DNA of 25,326 bases from Candidatus Woesearchaeota archaeon. GTDB taxonomy: Archaea; Nanobdellota; Nanobdellia; SCGC-AAA011-G17; GW2011-AR17. Below are positions 16,866 to 24,183 of the stretch, piece after piece. The stretch lies in the NCBI GenBank assembly GCA_964522895.1, contig CAZFZD010000002.1, positions 1 to 25,326 on the forward strand, written 5' to 3'. The notes below the pieces were generated by a model. That model did not search any database. It had not been told where the DNA came from and saw only the letters and a list, made by a program, of their open reading frames with translations. Positions within the stretch are counted from its first letter, which is position 1; each line of letters starts with the position of its first letter. The position numbers were made by a program, and so were the translations under genes.

Positions 16866-17846
16866 ATGGAAAGGAGACTAGTTGAAGTGGCTTTCGAGGT
16901 CACCTACAAATGCAACCTGAGATGCAGACACTGCTATAACAGGAAAAATCTCAGCAATAAAGAAGAAATGGAAACAAGAGAGGTTTTCAAGGCATTAGAG
17001 ATAATAAGGAGATTCGGTGCAGAGAAAGTCAAGTTCGGGGGAGGAGAACCGCTAACAAGAAGAGACTTCTTTGAAATATTAAATCATGCAAATGGGCTAG
17101 GTTTTGAGACCAATTTTTCAAGCAATGGACTATTAATTCAAAAAAATCTACAGGAAATTGTGGCTGCAGGAATGAAAAGAGTGCAGATCAGCCTTGATAG
17201 TGTCGGCGAGAAACATGACACAGCAAGAAATTACAAGGGCCTGTTCAAGATAGTTGAAAATTCAGCAAGAATCCTCAAGGAAAAAGGCATAAAAGTTGAT
17301 TTCGCCACCACATTAACAAGAAACAATCATCGTGATTTTAATTTAATTCTTGATTTCTGCAAGAGAAACAATGCAAGAAGATGGCGGATAATGAAATACA
17401 TCCCTTATGGGATTGAAGATAAACTGATGCTCACTAAAAAGGAATATAAGGCAGCTATAGAAAGTATCCTGAAACTTAAAGGAGAGACAAAAGAACCAGA
17501 AATAATAGTCGCAAGGGAATTTGACCTGATAAGGGATAAAAAAGACTACAATGACATGCAGTGTTTCGGAGGCAAGAGCTTTTTCAGCCTGAAGGCAAAC
17601 GGAAATGTCACGCCCTGTTCCTACATAGACAACATAATATGTGGCAACATTCTCAGAGACAGAATTGAGGATATCTGGAATAACATAAGGATGGTTGAAT
17701 TCAGCAGGGACCACCATGATACAGGATGCGAATTTGCAGAAAAATGCAAGGGCGGTTGCAAGGCAGTATCCCTTCGCCTTGGAAAGAAAGTTCATTGTGA
17801 TCCTTACTGCTGGACAAAAATGTCTAGAAATTCTACAAGAGCTTAA
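16866..17846 (+). CDS. radical SAM enzyme with a SPASM/twitch-type C-terminal domain and no N-terminal extension
   Basis: SD GGGAGG at 16856..16861. CX3CX2C at C16/C20/C23 (TYKCNLRCRHCYN) and GGGEPLT. C-terminal CFGGKSFFSLKANGNVTPC (Cx12Gx4C), then DTGCEFAEKCKGGC (the first Cys of Cx2Cx5Cx3C is replaced by Asp), then CDPYC. Confidence 0.85.
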   Translation: MERRLVEVAFEVTYKCNLRCRHCYNRKNLSNKEEMETREVFKALEIIRRFGAEKVKFGGGEPLTRRDFFEILNHANGLGFETNFSSNGLLIQKNLQEIVAAGMKRVQISLDSVGEKHDTARNYKGLFKIVENSARILKEKGIKVDFATTLTRNNHRDFNLILDFCKRNNARRWRIMKYIPYGIEDKLMLTKKEYKAAIESILKLKGETKEPEIIVAREFDLIRDKKDYNDMQCFGGKSFFSLKANGNVTPCSYIDNIICGNILRDRIEDIWNNIRMVEFSRDHHDTGCEFAEKCKGGCKAVSLRLGKKVHCDPYCWTKMSRNSTRA

Positions 17847-17913
17847 GGAAAGATTTATAAACAAACATCTTTTCCTTGTAATAACAAATTTTTGTTTTAT
17901 TGGAGGAAACACA

Positions 17914-18141
17914 ATGGAAAGTACAGACAGGCCATTAGACGCATTAAACAATGCACGAAACCAAAGAGTCATAGTAGAACTGAAAAACAAGGCACAAGTT
18001 ACCGGCAAGCTGAAAGCATTCGACATACATATCAATGTTGTTCTGGAAGAAGCTGAAGAGCTTGAAAACGGCGAATTGAAAAGAAAATTAGGAACCACAT
18101 TCATCCGTGGCGACATGATAGTAATCATATCACCTGCATAA
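17914..18141 (+). CDS. Sm-like (LSm/SmAP) archaeal protein
   Basis: Start at ATG 17914, preceded by GGAGG (17902..17906). RPLDALNNARNQRVIVELKNKAQVTGKLKAFDIHINVVLEEAEELENGE...KLGTTFIRGDMIVIISP gives the Sm1 and Sm2 motifs. The conserved archaeal Sm-L37e gene pair is present. Confidence 0.9.
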   Translation: MESTDRPLDALNNARNQRVIVELKNKAQVTGKLKAFDIHINVVLEEAEELENGELKRKLGTTFIRGDMIVIISPA

Positions 18142-18156
18142 AGGTTTTTTTAGAAA

Positions 18157-18342
18157 ATGACAAAAGGCGCAGCATCAATGGGTAAAAAATCCGGTAAGGA
18201 TATACATATCCGTTGCAGAAGATGTGGAAGAGCAAGTTATCACAAGATTGACGGAGTCTGTTCTTCTTGCGGTTACGGCAGAAGCAAAAAGATGCGCAAA
18301 TACAATTGGCAGAAACCGGAAAAAAGGCCCACCAAACGCTGA
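18157..18342 (+). CDS. rpl37e: 50S ribosomal protein L37e
   Basis: GKKSGKDIHIRCRRCGRASYHKIDGVCSSCGYGRSKKMRKYNW contains a C4 zinc ribbon typical of L37e. Length is 61 aa. Confidence 0.92.
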   Translation: MTKGAASMGKKSGKDIHIRCRRCGRASYHKIDGVCSSCGYGRSKKMRKYNWQKPEKRPTKR

Positions 18343-18354
18343 ATTCTTTAGACT

Positions 18355-18996
18355 ATGAAAGACCTTAGCATCTTGCTTAATAAATATTTTGACAGCAAAA
18401 AGCTTAATCCTGAAGAGCAAAGACTAATAGATGAATACAGGCTTGATTGCATTCTTGAGGCAAATTGTCCTGATTTTACGCACCCTTACACAGCCTATAG
18501 CTATAACCTGCCCATATATCTTAAGCTGGCACAGTCACATACTGATTTTGAAAGCATATTAAAGAAAGAGCTGAAAAACAGAAAACTTATCGAGCTGGGC
18601 CCGGGTGCAAATCCGCAGGCAGAATGGGCACTAAAATACGGCATAAAAGAATATGTCGGAGTAGAGCCTTTTAATTCTGAAATCTCAGCAAAGGCTCTTC
18701 CCAAAGATCAAAAGCTTAGCATAGAGCCATGCAAGGAAGCGCTGCATTATCTGCTTGGAGTTGAAGAATCAAGTTCAGTAGTGATAAGCATGGGCATGAT
18801 GTGCGAAGAGGTTTATCATTTCAGCAACAAGGACTATTATAAGTTCCTAATTAAAGAGATTGCAAGGGTAACTCCAAAAGGTGCGCCAACAATCCACATA
18901 AATGGACCCCATAACAGTTTTGCAGAATATTTCAGGCAATTCGGATTCAAGGCCCTGGAAGGCCTCTTGGGAGACGCAATTTTCATAAAACAATAA
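18355..18996 (+). CDS. hypothetical protein, possibly a class I SAM-dependent methyltransferase fold
   Basis: Motif-I-like LIELGPGANP, an acidic residue after the next strand (YVGVEPF), and VVISMGMM. The assignment is weak. Confidence 0.3.
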   Translation: MKDLSILLNKYFDSKKLNPEEQRLIDEYRLDCILEANCPDFTHPYTAYSYNLPIYLKLAQSHTDFESILKKELKNRKLIELGPGANPQAEWALKYGIKEYVGVEPFNSEISAKALPKDQKLSIEPCKEALHYLLGVEESSSVVISMGMMCEEVYHFSNKDYYKFLIKEIARVTPKGAPTIHINGPHNSFAEYFRQFGFKALEGLLGDAIFIKQ

Positions 18997-18998
18997 CA

Positions 18999-19006
18999 TT
19001 TTTATA
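18999..19006 (+). promoter_or_regulatory. TATA box for tRNA-Leu
   Basis: TTTTTATA ends 27 nt before tRNA position 1, which is the classic archaeal TATA-to-TSS spacing. Confidence 0.5.
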
Positions 19007-19032
19007 GCCAATGTTACTTACTTTTTGCTTAT

Positions 19033-19116
19033 GCAGGGGTGCCGGAGCGGTCAAACGGGATGGGCTTAGGACCCATTGGCTTAGTGCCTTCGCAGGTTCG
19101 AATCCTGTCTCCTGCA
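19033..19116 (+). tRNA. tRNA-Leu (anticodon UAG), 84 nt, long variable arm, no encoded CCA
   Basis: Hand-folded. The acceptor GCAGGGG pairs with CTCCTGC and the discriminator is A. The anticodon stem ATGGG pairs with CCCAT around the loop C-T-TAG-G-A (U33, G37). The variable arm is GGC-TTAG-TGCC. The T arm is GCAGG-TTCGAAT-CCTGT. Confidence 0.9.
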
Positions 19117-19121
19117 TTTTT
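19117..19121 (+). terminator. oligo-T termination signal after tRNA-Leu
   Basis: TTTTT follows the discriminator base immediately. Confidence 0.35.
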
Positions 19122-19174
19122 CTAAAATAGCCTTGCACAATAACTACCTGCCGTAAGTATTCTAAAACGAAAAG

Positions 19175-19182
19175 TTTATAAA
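19175..19182 (+). promoter_or_regulatory. TATA-box-like element for the beta-barrel-like gene
   Basis: TTTATAAA ends 27 nt before the ATG at 19209. Confidence 0.4.
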
Positions 19183-19208
19183 TATGGGTATTACTAATTA
19201 GTAGTAAA

Positions 19209-20048
19209 ATGTTAAATAAAATTATCAAAAAAGCCAAGAAAATTGTCCCAGCATTAGCACTTGCAGGAATGGCTTATATGCCAGCAAATGCAAAAGCTGA
19301 CTGGGGAGATAAGGTAACTAATCCAAAATCCGAAATTGTAGTTACTCTTGGCCAAAAAAATGAAGAGCTTATGGGAAGACCTTTCTCAAAAGGCCCAAAG
19401 ATTGAGATGCACGGAAAGGGAAGGCTAAAGTTCAATGAGGTTTCTGGCTTGAAGCTTGAAGGAAGGCTTAATCTTGAAAACCTTGCTTATGAGAATTTTG
19501 ATGGAAGGAACCAAAGAACAGAGCTTGAAACAAATGGCATCTTTGAAGTTTATTTCAACAATTCGCCTAACTTAACATTCAAATCAGGTTTTGGTGTTGA
19601 TCTTGATTTTAACCATACAATAGAAAGGATTGAAAACACAAAAGTAAAATCAAGCAATATAACTGTAGGGCCAGCATTGACAGGCAACATGGATTCAAAG
19701 TATGTTGATTTTGATGTTCTAGTAAGCGCGGGTTTCGGAGAAGCAGGAAACGGCGTCCGCGGAAGAGGGCTTGCGATAAAGCCTAAGCTGCAAAGCGAAT
19801 TGGATATTGACTTAAGGCCTGTAAATGTGCCGCTTAACCTAGAAGGCATAGGAGAGATTGAAGTTACTGTTTTGGAAACAGAAAATACTTCAAGAAACGA
19901 ATATAATCTTAAGGCTGGCGCAAGATTGAATTATGAGGTATATGACAACACTTCAATAACTCTTGATTACAGCCATACATGGCATTACGGGAATCAGGAC
20001 AATGTCAGCTCAGATAATTTATCTGCTGGTTTAAAATACGAATTTTAA
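19209..20048 (+). CDS. secreted protein with outer-membrane beta-barrel (OMP/porin)-like features
   Basis: Signal peptide MLNKIIKKAKKIVPALALAGMAYMPANAKA|D. It has many amphipathic alternating strands (LKLEGRLNLENLAY, GIFEVYFNN, LTFKSGFGVDLDF, YVDFDVLVSAGFG, YNLKAGARLNYEVY, SITLDYSHTWHYG). The C-terminus is SAGLKYEF with a terminal Phe. Confidence 0.5.
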   Translation: MLNKIIKKAKKIVPALALAGMAYMPANAKADWGDKVTNPKSEIVVTLGQKNEELMGRPFSKGPKIEMHGKGRLKFNEVSGLKLEGRLNLENLAYENFDGRNQRTELETNGIFEVYFNNSPNLTFKSGFGVDLDFNHTIERIENTKVKSSNITVGPALTGNMDSKYVDFDVLVSAGFGEAGNGVRGRGLAIKPKLQSELDIDLRPVNVPLNLEGIGEIEVTVLETENTSRNEYNLKAGARLNYEVYDNTSITLDYSHTWHYGNQDNVSSDNLSAGLKYEF

Positions 20049-20075
20049 CACTTTTAAATGATAAATATAGAAAGA

Positions 20076-20083
20076 TTTATAAA
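20076..20083 (+). promoter_or_regulatory. TATA-box-like element for the surface protein gene
   Basis: TTTATAAA ends 24 nt before the ATG at 20107. Confidence 0.4.
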
Positions 20084-20106
20084 GCAAATCTTGTTCGATT
20101 CTAACC

Positions 20107-21291
20107 ATGAAAAAGCTAATGTTGATGTTACTGGGATTAATAGTACTTTTTTCCGCATGTGTTAGTGCGGCAGACTATCAGATTGAAAAGCTTGCCATAA
20201 ACGGGCTTATCATTGAAGATGAAACAGTGGCATTAGACCTGGGCACTAGAGTGCAAGTGGATGTCTGGGTAAAAGGTTTTGATGAGCAGGATGTAAAAGT
20301 GAAGGCATGGATTGCAGGCTATGAATATGATGATGTGCAGGATGTGTCCGAAACTTTCCAGGTTTCTGAAGATACTATGTACAGAAAAGAATTGTACTTG
20401 GAAATTCCAAGAGATTTAAGGCTTGATGACAAGGATTACAAGCTTTACATTGAAGTGTATGATAATGAAGATTATGTCGAGAAAAGCTATGACATCTATA
20501 TACAGGAAAACATCCATGATGTGGTAGTGCAGGACGTAATCATAAGGCCCAACACTATTGTTGATGCAGGAAACACATTAGCAGTCAAGGTTAGGCTTGA
20601 AAATTATGGAAAAAGGAAAGAGCAGGATGTCAAGGTGAAGGTTTCAATGCCGCAGCTTGGCACTACTTCAGTAACATGGGTTGACCTGCTTGATTCAATT
20701 GACAGTGATGATAATTCTGAGAGCACAAGCTTCATTCCCTTGAACATTCCGGAAGATGCTCCTACAGGAGATTTCCAGCTTAAAGTTGAAGCATACTACA
20801 GCAATCTTCACGAGACTGCTGAAACTGGCAGAATGATAAGAGTTAAAGGCATTGATGATGTGGCTGAAAAGCAACAAGGCAGCATTGTTTCCATAAACTC
20901 TAAAAAGGAACTTGAGCTTGAAAAGGAAACCGAGTATAAAGTGGGCATAATGAACCTTGAAGATGAAAGTAAAAAGTATGAGCTTGTTGTAAGCGGATTG
21001 AGTTCATGGGCAGAGTATGAAGTTCATCCTGAAAACCTTATGCTTTCAAGCAAAGAAGGTTCAGAGTTTACCATAGCGATATTGCCTGTTGAAGAAGGAA
21101 GCCACAGGTTCAGCATCAAGGTTCTTGAAGGCGGTGTTCTTATTAAGGAAGCACTTTATGATCTCAATCTTGAAGATGATAGCGGATTGTTTGACAGCAA
21201 TAGGAACCTAGTGCTTGGAATAATGATTGTTGTCTTGGTAATCGCATTGATTGCAACTATCGCGCAGGCAATGAGGCCCGACAACAGTTAA
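20107..21291 (+). CDS. cell-surface protein with beta-sandwich (CARDB/NEW3-like) repeats and a C-terminal TM anchor
   Basis: Signal peptide MKKLMLMLLGLIVLFSACVSA. It has two to three roughly 110-aa beta-rich modules (for example VVVQDVIIRPNTIVDAGNTLAVKVRLENYGKRKEQDVKVKVSMP). The C-terminus is LVLGIMIVVLVIALIATIAQA followed by a short tail, as in archaeal S-layer-type anchors. Confidence 0.55.
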   Translation: MKKLMLMLLGLIVLFSACVSAADYQIEKLAINGLIIEDETVALDLGTRVQVDVWVKGFDEQDVKVKAWIAGYEYDDVQDVSETFQVSEDTMYRKELYLEIPRDLRLDDKDYKLYIEVYDNEDYVEKSYDIYIQENIHDVVVQDVIIRPNTIVDAGNTLAVKVRLENYGKRKEQDVKVKVSMPQLGTTSVTWVDLLDSIDSDDNSESTSFIPLNIPEDAPTGDFQLKVEAYYSNLHETAETGRMIRVKGIDDVAEKQQGSIVSINSKKELELEKETEYKVGIMNLEDESKKYELVVSGLSSWAEYEVHPENLMLSSKEGSEFTIAILPVEEGSHRFSIKVLEGGVLIKEALYDLNLEDDSGLFDSNRNLVLGIMIVVLVIALIATIAQAMRPDNS

Positions 21292-22289
21292 GGTTTTTTT
21301 AATAGTTCTAAGAATTTTGGCAATGAGTCCCTGTAAAATGTGAAGCCGCCGGCTTTCTCATGCCCTCCGCCAACAAAACCTTCTATCTTATCATTGAATT
21401 CGCTTAAAAAAGATCCTGCGTCAAAATCCATTGTATCAGGGACACGCATACTGCCTATGACTTCCTCGTTATAGAGGTTCATGACCATAATGGGCTTGTT
21501 GTTTATGTGGCGCGCTGCAAGCACTCCCTGCACATTGTACTTGTCTTCTATTATCATGTAGTCAAGCTCGCCATTGGATTCAATCTCCACTTCCTGGCTA
21601 TAGCTGTCCCTTAAAATTCTCTTGAAGTTCTGCAGTTCCATGGCCAAAGGATGCATGTTGTTGACAAAAGGCTTGTAGCATTCTATGCTCTTCAACAGTT
21701 CCAGCGGTATGTCTCCGCACCAGTGCAGCCTTTTTCCCGTGTTAAGGGCAGACACATACTTTTCTATTTCAAGGTAATGGCCGTCAGAAAAGAAGCTTTT
21801 CCTCTTTTGCATCATTTCAGGCATAATCTGGTTTGCTGTTATGTGCAGTTCTGGAGGTATGTCTTCCCTGTCGCCTCCATCTCCAAAATAACCCATCAAT
21901 ACTAGAAAAATTAAATAGGGATCAGTTGTACCCTTAAGAAAATTCTCATAAATCAATAATGTGTTGGATTGTTTTTCAGGATCATGGACTGTAAGGTGGA
22001 ACTTGTCAGCATCTTCATTAGGATGGTGGTCAATGTATACTACTTCTACTGGTTTTTTTAGGATTTCTGTAGAAGCTGCAATGTCTGCACAGACAACCAC
22101 TTCAGTCTCTTCTTCTATGTCTTCAGTTTCAATAAGAAACGGCTTTCCTTTAGTCATGGTTTTTATGTTTTTAGCATAAGGCTTTATTATGTGGTACATC
22201 AATGCTGCGGAAGCTACACCGTCAGTGTCCCAGTGGCCGCAGACCTGTACTTTTTTTCCCTTGACCATAGAAATTAGTTCTTGTTTCAT
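21288..22289 (-). CDS. DHH/DHHA1 family phosphoesterase (NrnA/RecJ-like)
   Basis: Motif I HWDTDGVASAA, the DHH motif (VVYIDHHPNE), and DHHA1 GGGHEKAGGF near the C-terminus. Confidence 0.8.
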   Translation of the reverse strand: MKQELISMVKGKKVQVCGHWDTDGVASAALMYHIIKPYAKNIKTMTKGKPFLIETEDIEEETEVVVCADIAASTEILKKPVEVVYIDHHPNEDADKFHLTVHDPEKQSNTLLIYENFLKGTTDPYLIFLVLMGYFGDGGDREDIPPELHITANQIMPEMMQKRKSFFSDGHYLEIEKYVSALNTGKRLHWCGDIPLELLKSIECYKPFVNNMHPLAMELQNFKRILRDSYSQEVEIESNGELDYMIIEDKYNVQGVLAARHINNKPIMVMNLYNEEVIGSMRVPDTMDFDAGSFLSEFNDKIEGFVGGGHEKAGGFTFYRDSLPKFLELLKKP

Positions 22290-22324
22290 TCCAACAATTT
22301 AAAAAAAACCGATCATATATTAAG

Positions 22325-22960
22325 CTATCTGCTTTTTTTCACATTCCTTTTCTCACAGAGCTTTTCAATTATGCATTTGGAACAGAAAGGGCTTATTGGC
22401 TTGCAAGTGTTCTGGCCGTGCTTGACAAACAGCTCATTTATTTCTAGCCAATGCTTTTTCGATATAATCTTCATTAGTTGGAGTTCTGTCTCTTCAGGGC
22501 TTTTTGTCTTTACCAAGCCGAGCCTGTTTGATATTCTGTGGCAATGTGTGTCAATCGGCATGGCTGGCTTCTTGAACGCGTGAGTCAGTACAATCCCTGC
22601 TGTCTTCCTTCCGACGCCCTTAAACTTCAACAGCTCCTGCATAGTATCAGGAACTTGTCCAGAATATTCTTTTATGATCTTTTTGCTCGCTTCCCTTATC
22701 CTTTTTGCCTTGGTCTTGTAAAACCCTATAGGATATATGAGCTTCTCTATCTGCTTTGGAGTTAATCCTGCCATCTTCTTGGGCGTATCGGCTTTTTCAA
22801 AAAGCCTTGTTGCAGTGGGATAAGTGAGTTCGTCCTTTGTCCTGTGGGAAAGCATGCAGCTTATCAGCACGTAAAAAGGGTCGTCGTTTGCCTTGGCAAG
22901 AAAGAATGTATCATCGTATTGCTTTTTCAGCAGACTTATTATCTTGTTGACTTTTTTCAT
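22325..22960 (-). CDS. nth: endonuclease III (HhH-GPD DNA glycosylase with 4Fe-4S cluster)
   Basis: LISCMLSHRTKD, the HhH motif LLKFKGVGRKTAGIVL, IDTHCHRISNRLG, and the C-terminal CKPISPFCSKCIIEKLC (Cx6Cx2Cx5C). Confidence 0.9.
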   Translation of the reverse strand: MKKVNKIISLLKKQYDDTFFLAKANDDPFYVLISCMLSHRTKDELTYPTATRLFEKADTPKKMAGLTPKQIEKLIYPIGFYKTKAKRIREASKKIIKEYSGQVPDTMQELLKFKGVGRKTAGIVLTHAFKKPAMPIDTHCHRISNRLGLVKTKSPEETELQLMKIISKKHWLEINELFVKHGQNTCKPISPFCSKCIIEKLCEKRNVKKSR

Positions 22961-22981
22961 CCAATATTAGGTAGGGGAAAG

Positions 22982-22991
22982 TTTTATAAAA
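22982..22991. promoter_or_regulatory. palindromic TATA element between divergent genes
   Basis: TTTTATAAAA is a perfect palindrome. It lies 22 nt from the nth ATG (22960) and 32 nt from the ATG at 23023. Confidence 0.35.
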
Positions 22992-23022
22992 GACTTCTGT
23001 TACTGCCAGTTGCATTTCAAAT

Positions 23023-23223
23023 ATGGAGGCAGGTAAAATGAACCAGTACAGAATGGACGGAACAAACTTTTTGGGCATTGAAAGCAAGAACGATGCAGAA
23101 GAGCATGAAGATGTCAAAAAGATGAAAACCCTTGAGGCAAAGCTCAACAAGCATTTTGATATGAACTGGCCTAAGAAGGACGAAAACTTCTATAGAAGCG
23201 ACATCTGGCTAGGCATATATTAG
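23023..23223 (+). CDS. small hypothetical protein (66 aa)
   Basis: This is an ORF with no recognised motif. Its stop overlaps the convergent methyltransferase stop in the same TTAG pattern seen at other convergent pairs. The start is uncertain (23023 or 23038). Confidence 0.3.
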   Translation: MEAGKMNQYRMDGTNFLGIESKNDAEEHEDVKKMKTLEAKLNKHFDMNWPKKDENFYRSDIWLGIY

Positions 23224-24128
23224 ATTTTTTTTATCTTTGCCACAAAGAATCCTTCGGTGTCGTTGTCTTGGGGCCAAATCCTTAATGTTTTTTTTACTTC
23301 TGATGAATATTCTTTTCCATTGAATTCTTGTATGGGCCTGCTGCTCTTGATATCCAAGCTTATCTTCTCAACCTTTATGTTGTCAAACTCTTCCAGCATA
23401 AAATCCACTATGCCTTCGTTCTCATCCGGCTCAAGAGTGCAAGTGCTGTAAACTAACGTGCCTTCTGGCTTAAGCCTGTTGAAGGCTGTCTTTACGAGCT
23501 GCTTTTGCAGGCCGTGCATCTTTCTTGAAAATTCAGGATTCCAAATATCTATTGTTTTCAATGATTTTCTTATTGTGCCGATACCTGAACAAGGAGCATC
23601 CACAAGAATCTTGTCAAAGTCAATGCCTGTCTTTTCAAAATGCCTGCCCTGCATCAATGTTATGACTGTGTTTGTTGTTCCGCAGCGTTCAAGATTGGTT
23701 ACTAAAGGCTTCATCCTGTCTATGCGGTTGTCGTTTGCTATCAAGAGGCCCTGATTGTCCATCATTGCCGCAATCTGTGAGGCTTTGGATCCAGGTGAAG
23801 CGCACATGTCCAAGACTTTTTCATCTTTTTTTGGATTGAGGACAATAGGTGGTATCATTGAAGCTGCGCCCTGTATGTATATCTTACCTAAGAAATGTTC
23901 CATAGTATTTCCTATGCCATAACCTTCAAGCCAAAAGCCCTGTTTGCACCAAGGAACTTGTTTGAGTTTCATGCCCTTGAAATTCTCTTTTATTTCCTTG
24001 ACAGTTGACTTTATGGTGTTAACGCGGATAGATTTTTTCAACGGTTTTACAGAGTATTCGAGAAACTTATCTATGTCAGTAAGAGGCTTATAATGTTCAA
24101 TGAATCGCTTTTTCCATTGCGGAGGCAT
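23220..24128 (-). CDS. NOL1/NOP2/Sun family RNA (cytosine-C5)-methyltransferase
   Basis: SAM motif VLDMCASPGSKASQIAA and catalytic motifs DKILVDAPCSGIGTIRK and LVYSTCTLEPDENE. I prefer the start at ATG 24128 (MPPQWKKRF...) because the palindromic TATA at 24151..24158 lies 23 nt upstream, and a 24224 start would overlap the divergent gene. Confidence 0.85.
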   Translation of the reverse strand: MPPQWKKRFIEHYKPLTDIDKFLEYSVKPLKKSIRVNTIKSTVKEIKENFKGMKLKQVPWCKQGFWLEGYGIGNTMEHFLGKIYIQGAASMIPPIVLNPKKDEKVLDMCASPGSKASQIAAMMDNQGLLIANDNRIDRMKPLVTNLERCGTTNTVITLMQGRHFEKTGIDFDKILVDAPCSGIGTIRKSLKTIDIWNPEFSRKMHGLQKQLVKTAFNRLKPEGTLVYSTCTLEPDENEGIVDFMLEEFDNIKVEKISLDIKSSRPIQEFNGKEYSSEVKKTLRIWPQDNDTEGFFVAKIKKI

Positions 24129-24150
24129 GTTTACTGTTATGAGGATAACT

Positions 24151-24158
24151 TTTATAAA
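24151..24158. promoter_or_regulatory. palindromic bidirectional TATA element
   Basis: TTTATAAA is its own reverse complement. It lies 23 nt from the leftward ATG (24128) and 26 nt from the rightward ATG (24184), within a 55-nt intergenic gap. Confidence 0.45.
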
Positions 24159-24183
24159 GCTATTCTTCTTAAATTGAATAACC

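Noticed and set aside
15466-17846. Reading the two radical SAM genes as AhbC/AhbD (alternative heme pathway) or NirJ-type enzymes
   Set aside because: This is not excluded, only deprioritised. No other tetrapyrrole genes (AhbA/B, HemA-D) are nearby. One enzyme has an RRE-like N-terminal domain. A strongly SD-driven 21-codon ORF sits exactly between them. A profile search is needed to settle it.
17847-17913. Imperfect hairpin GGAAAGAT...ATCTTTTCC and AACAAA/TTTGTT after the second radical SAM gene, as a structured RNA or riboswitch
   Set aside because: The stems are short, AT-rich and bulged. The region also contains a TATA-like TTTATAAA and the SD site for the Sm gene. An ordinary terminator/promoter junction explains it better than a distinct ncRNA.
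17343-18128. 261-aa minus-strand ORF, the longest unexplained ORF in the track
   Set aside because: It lies entirely antisense to the second radical SAM gene and the Sm-like gene, both of which have strong motif support. Its sequence is low-complexity (Ser/Phe/Leu-rich), it has no recognisable motif, and it has no promoter element at the expected distance. It is probably a shadow ORF in AT-rich DNA.
18983-19237. 84-aa minus-strand ORF
   Set aside because: It spans the well-folded tRNA-Leu gene and its promoter on the opposite strand, so it is spurious.
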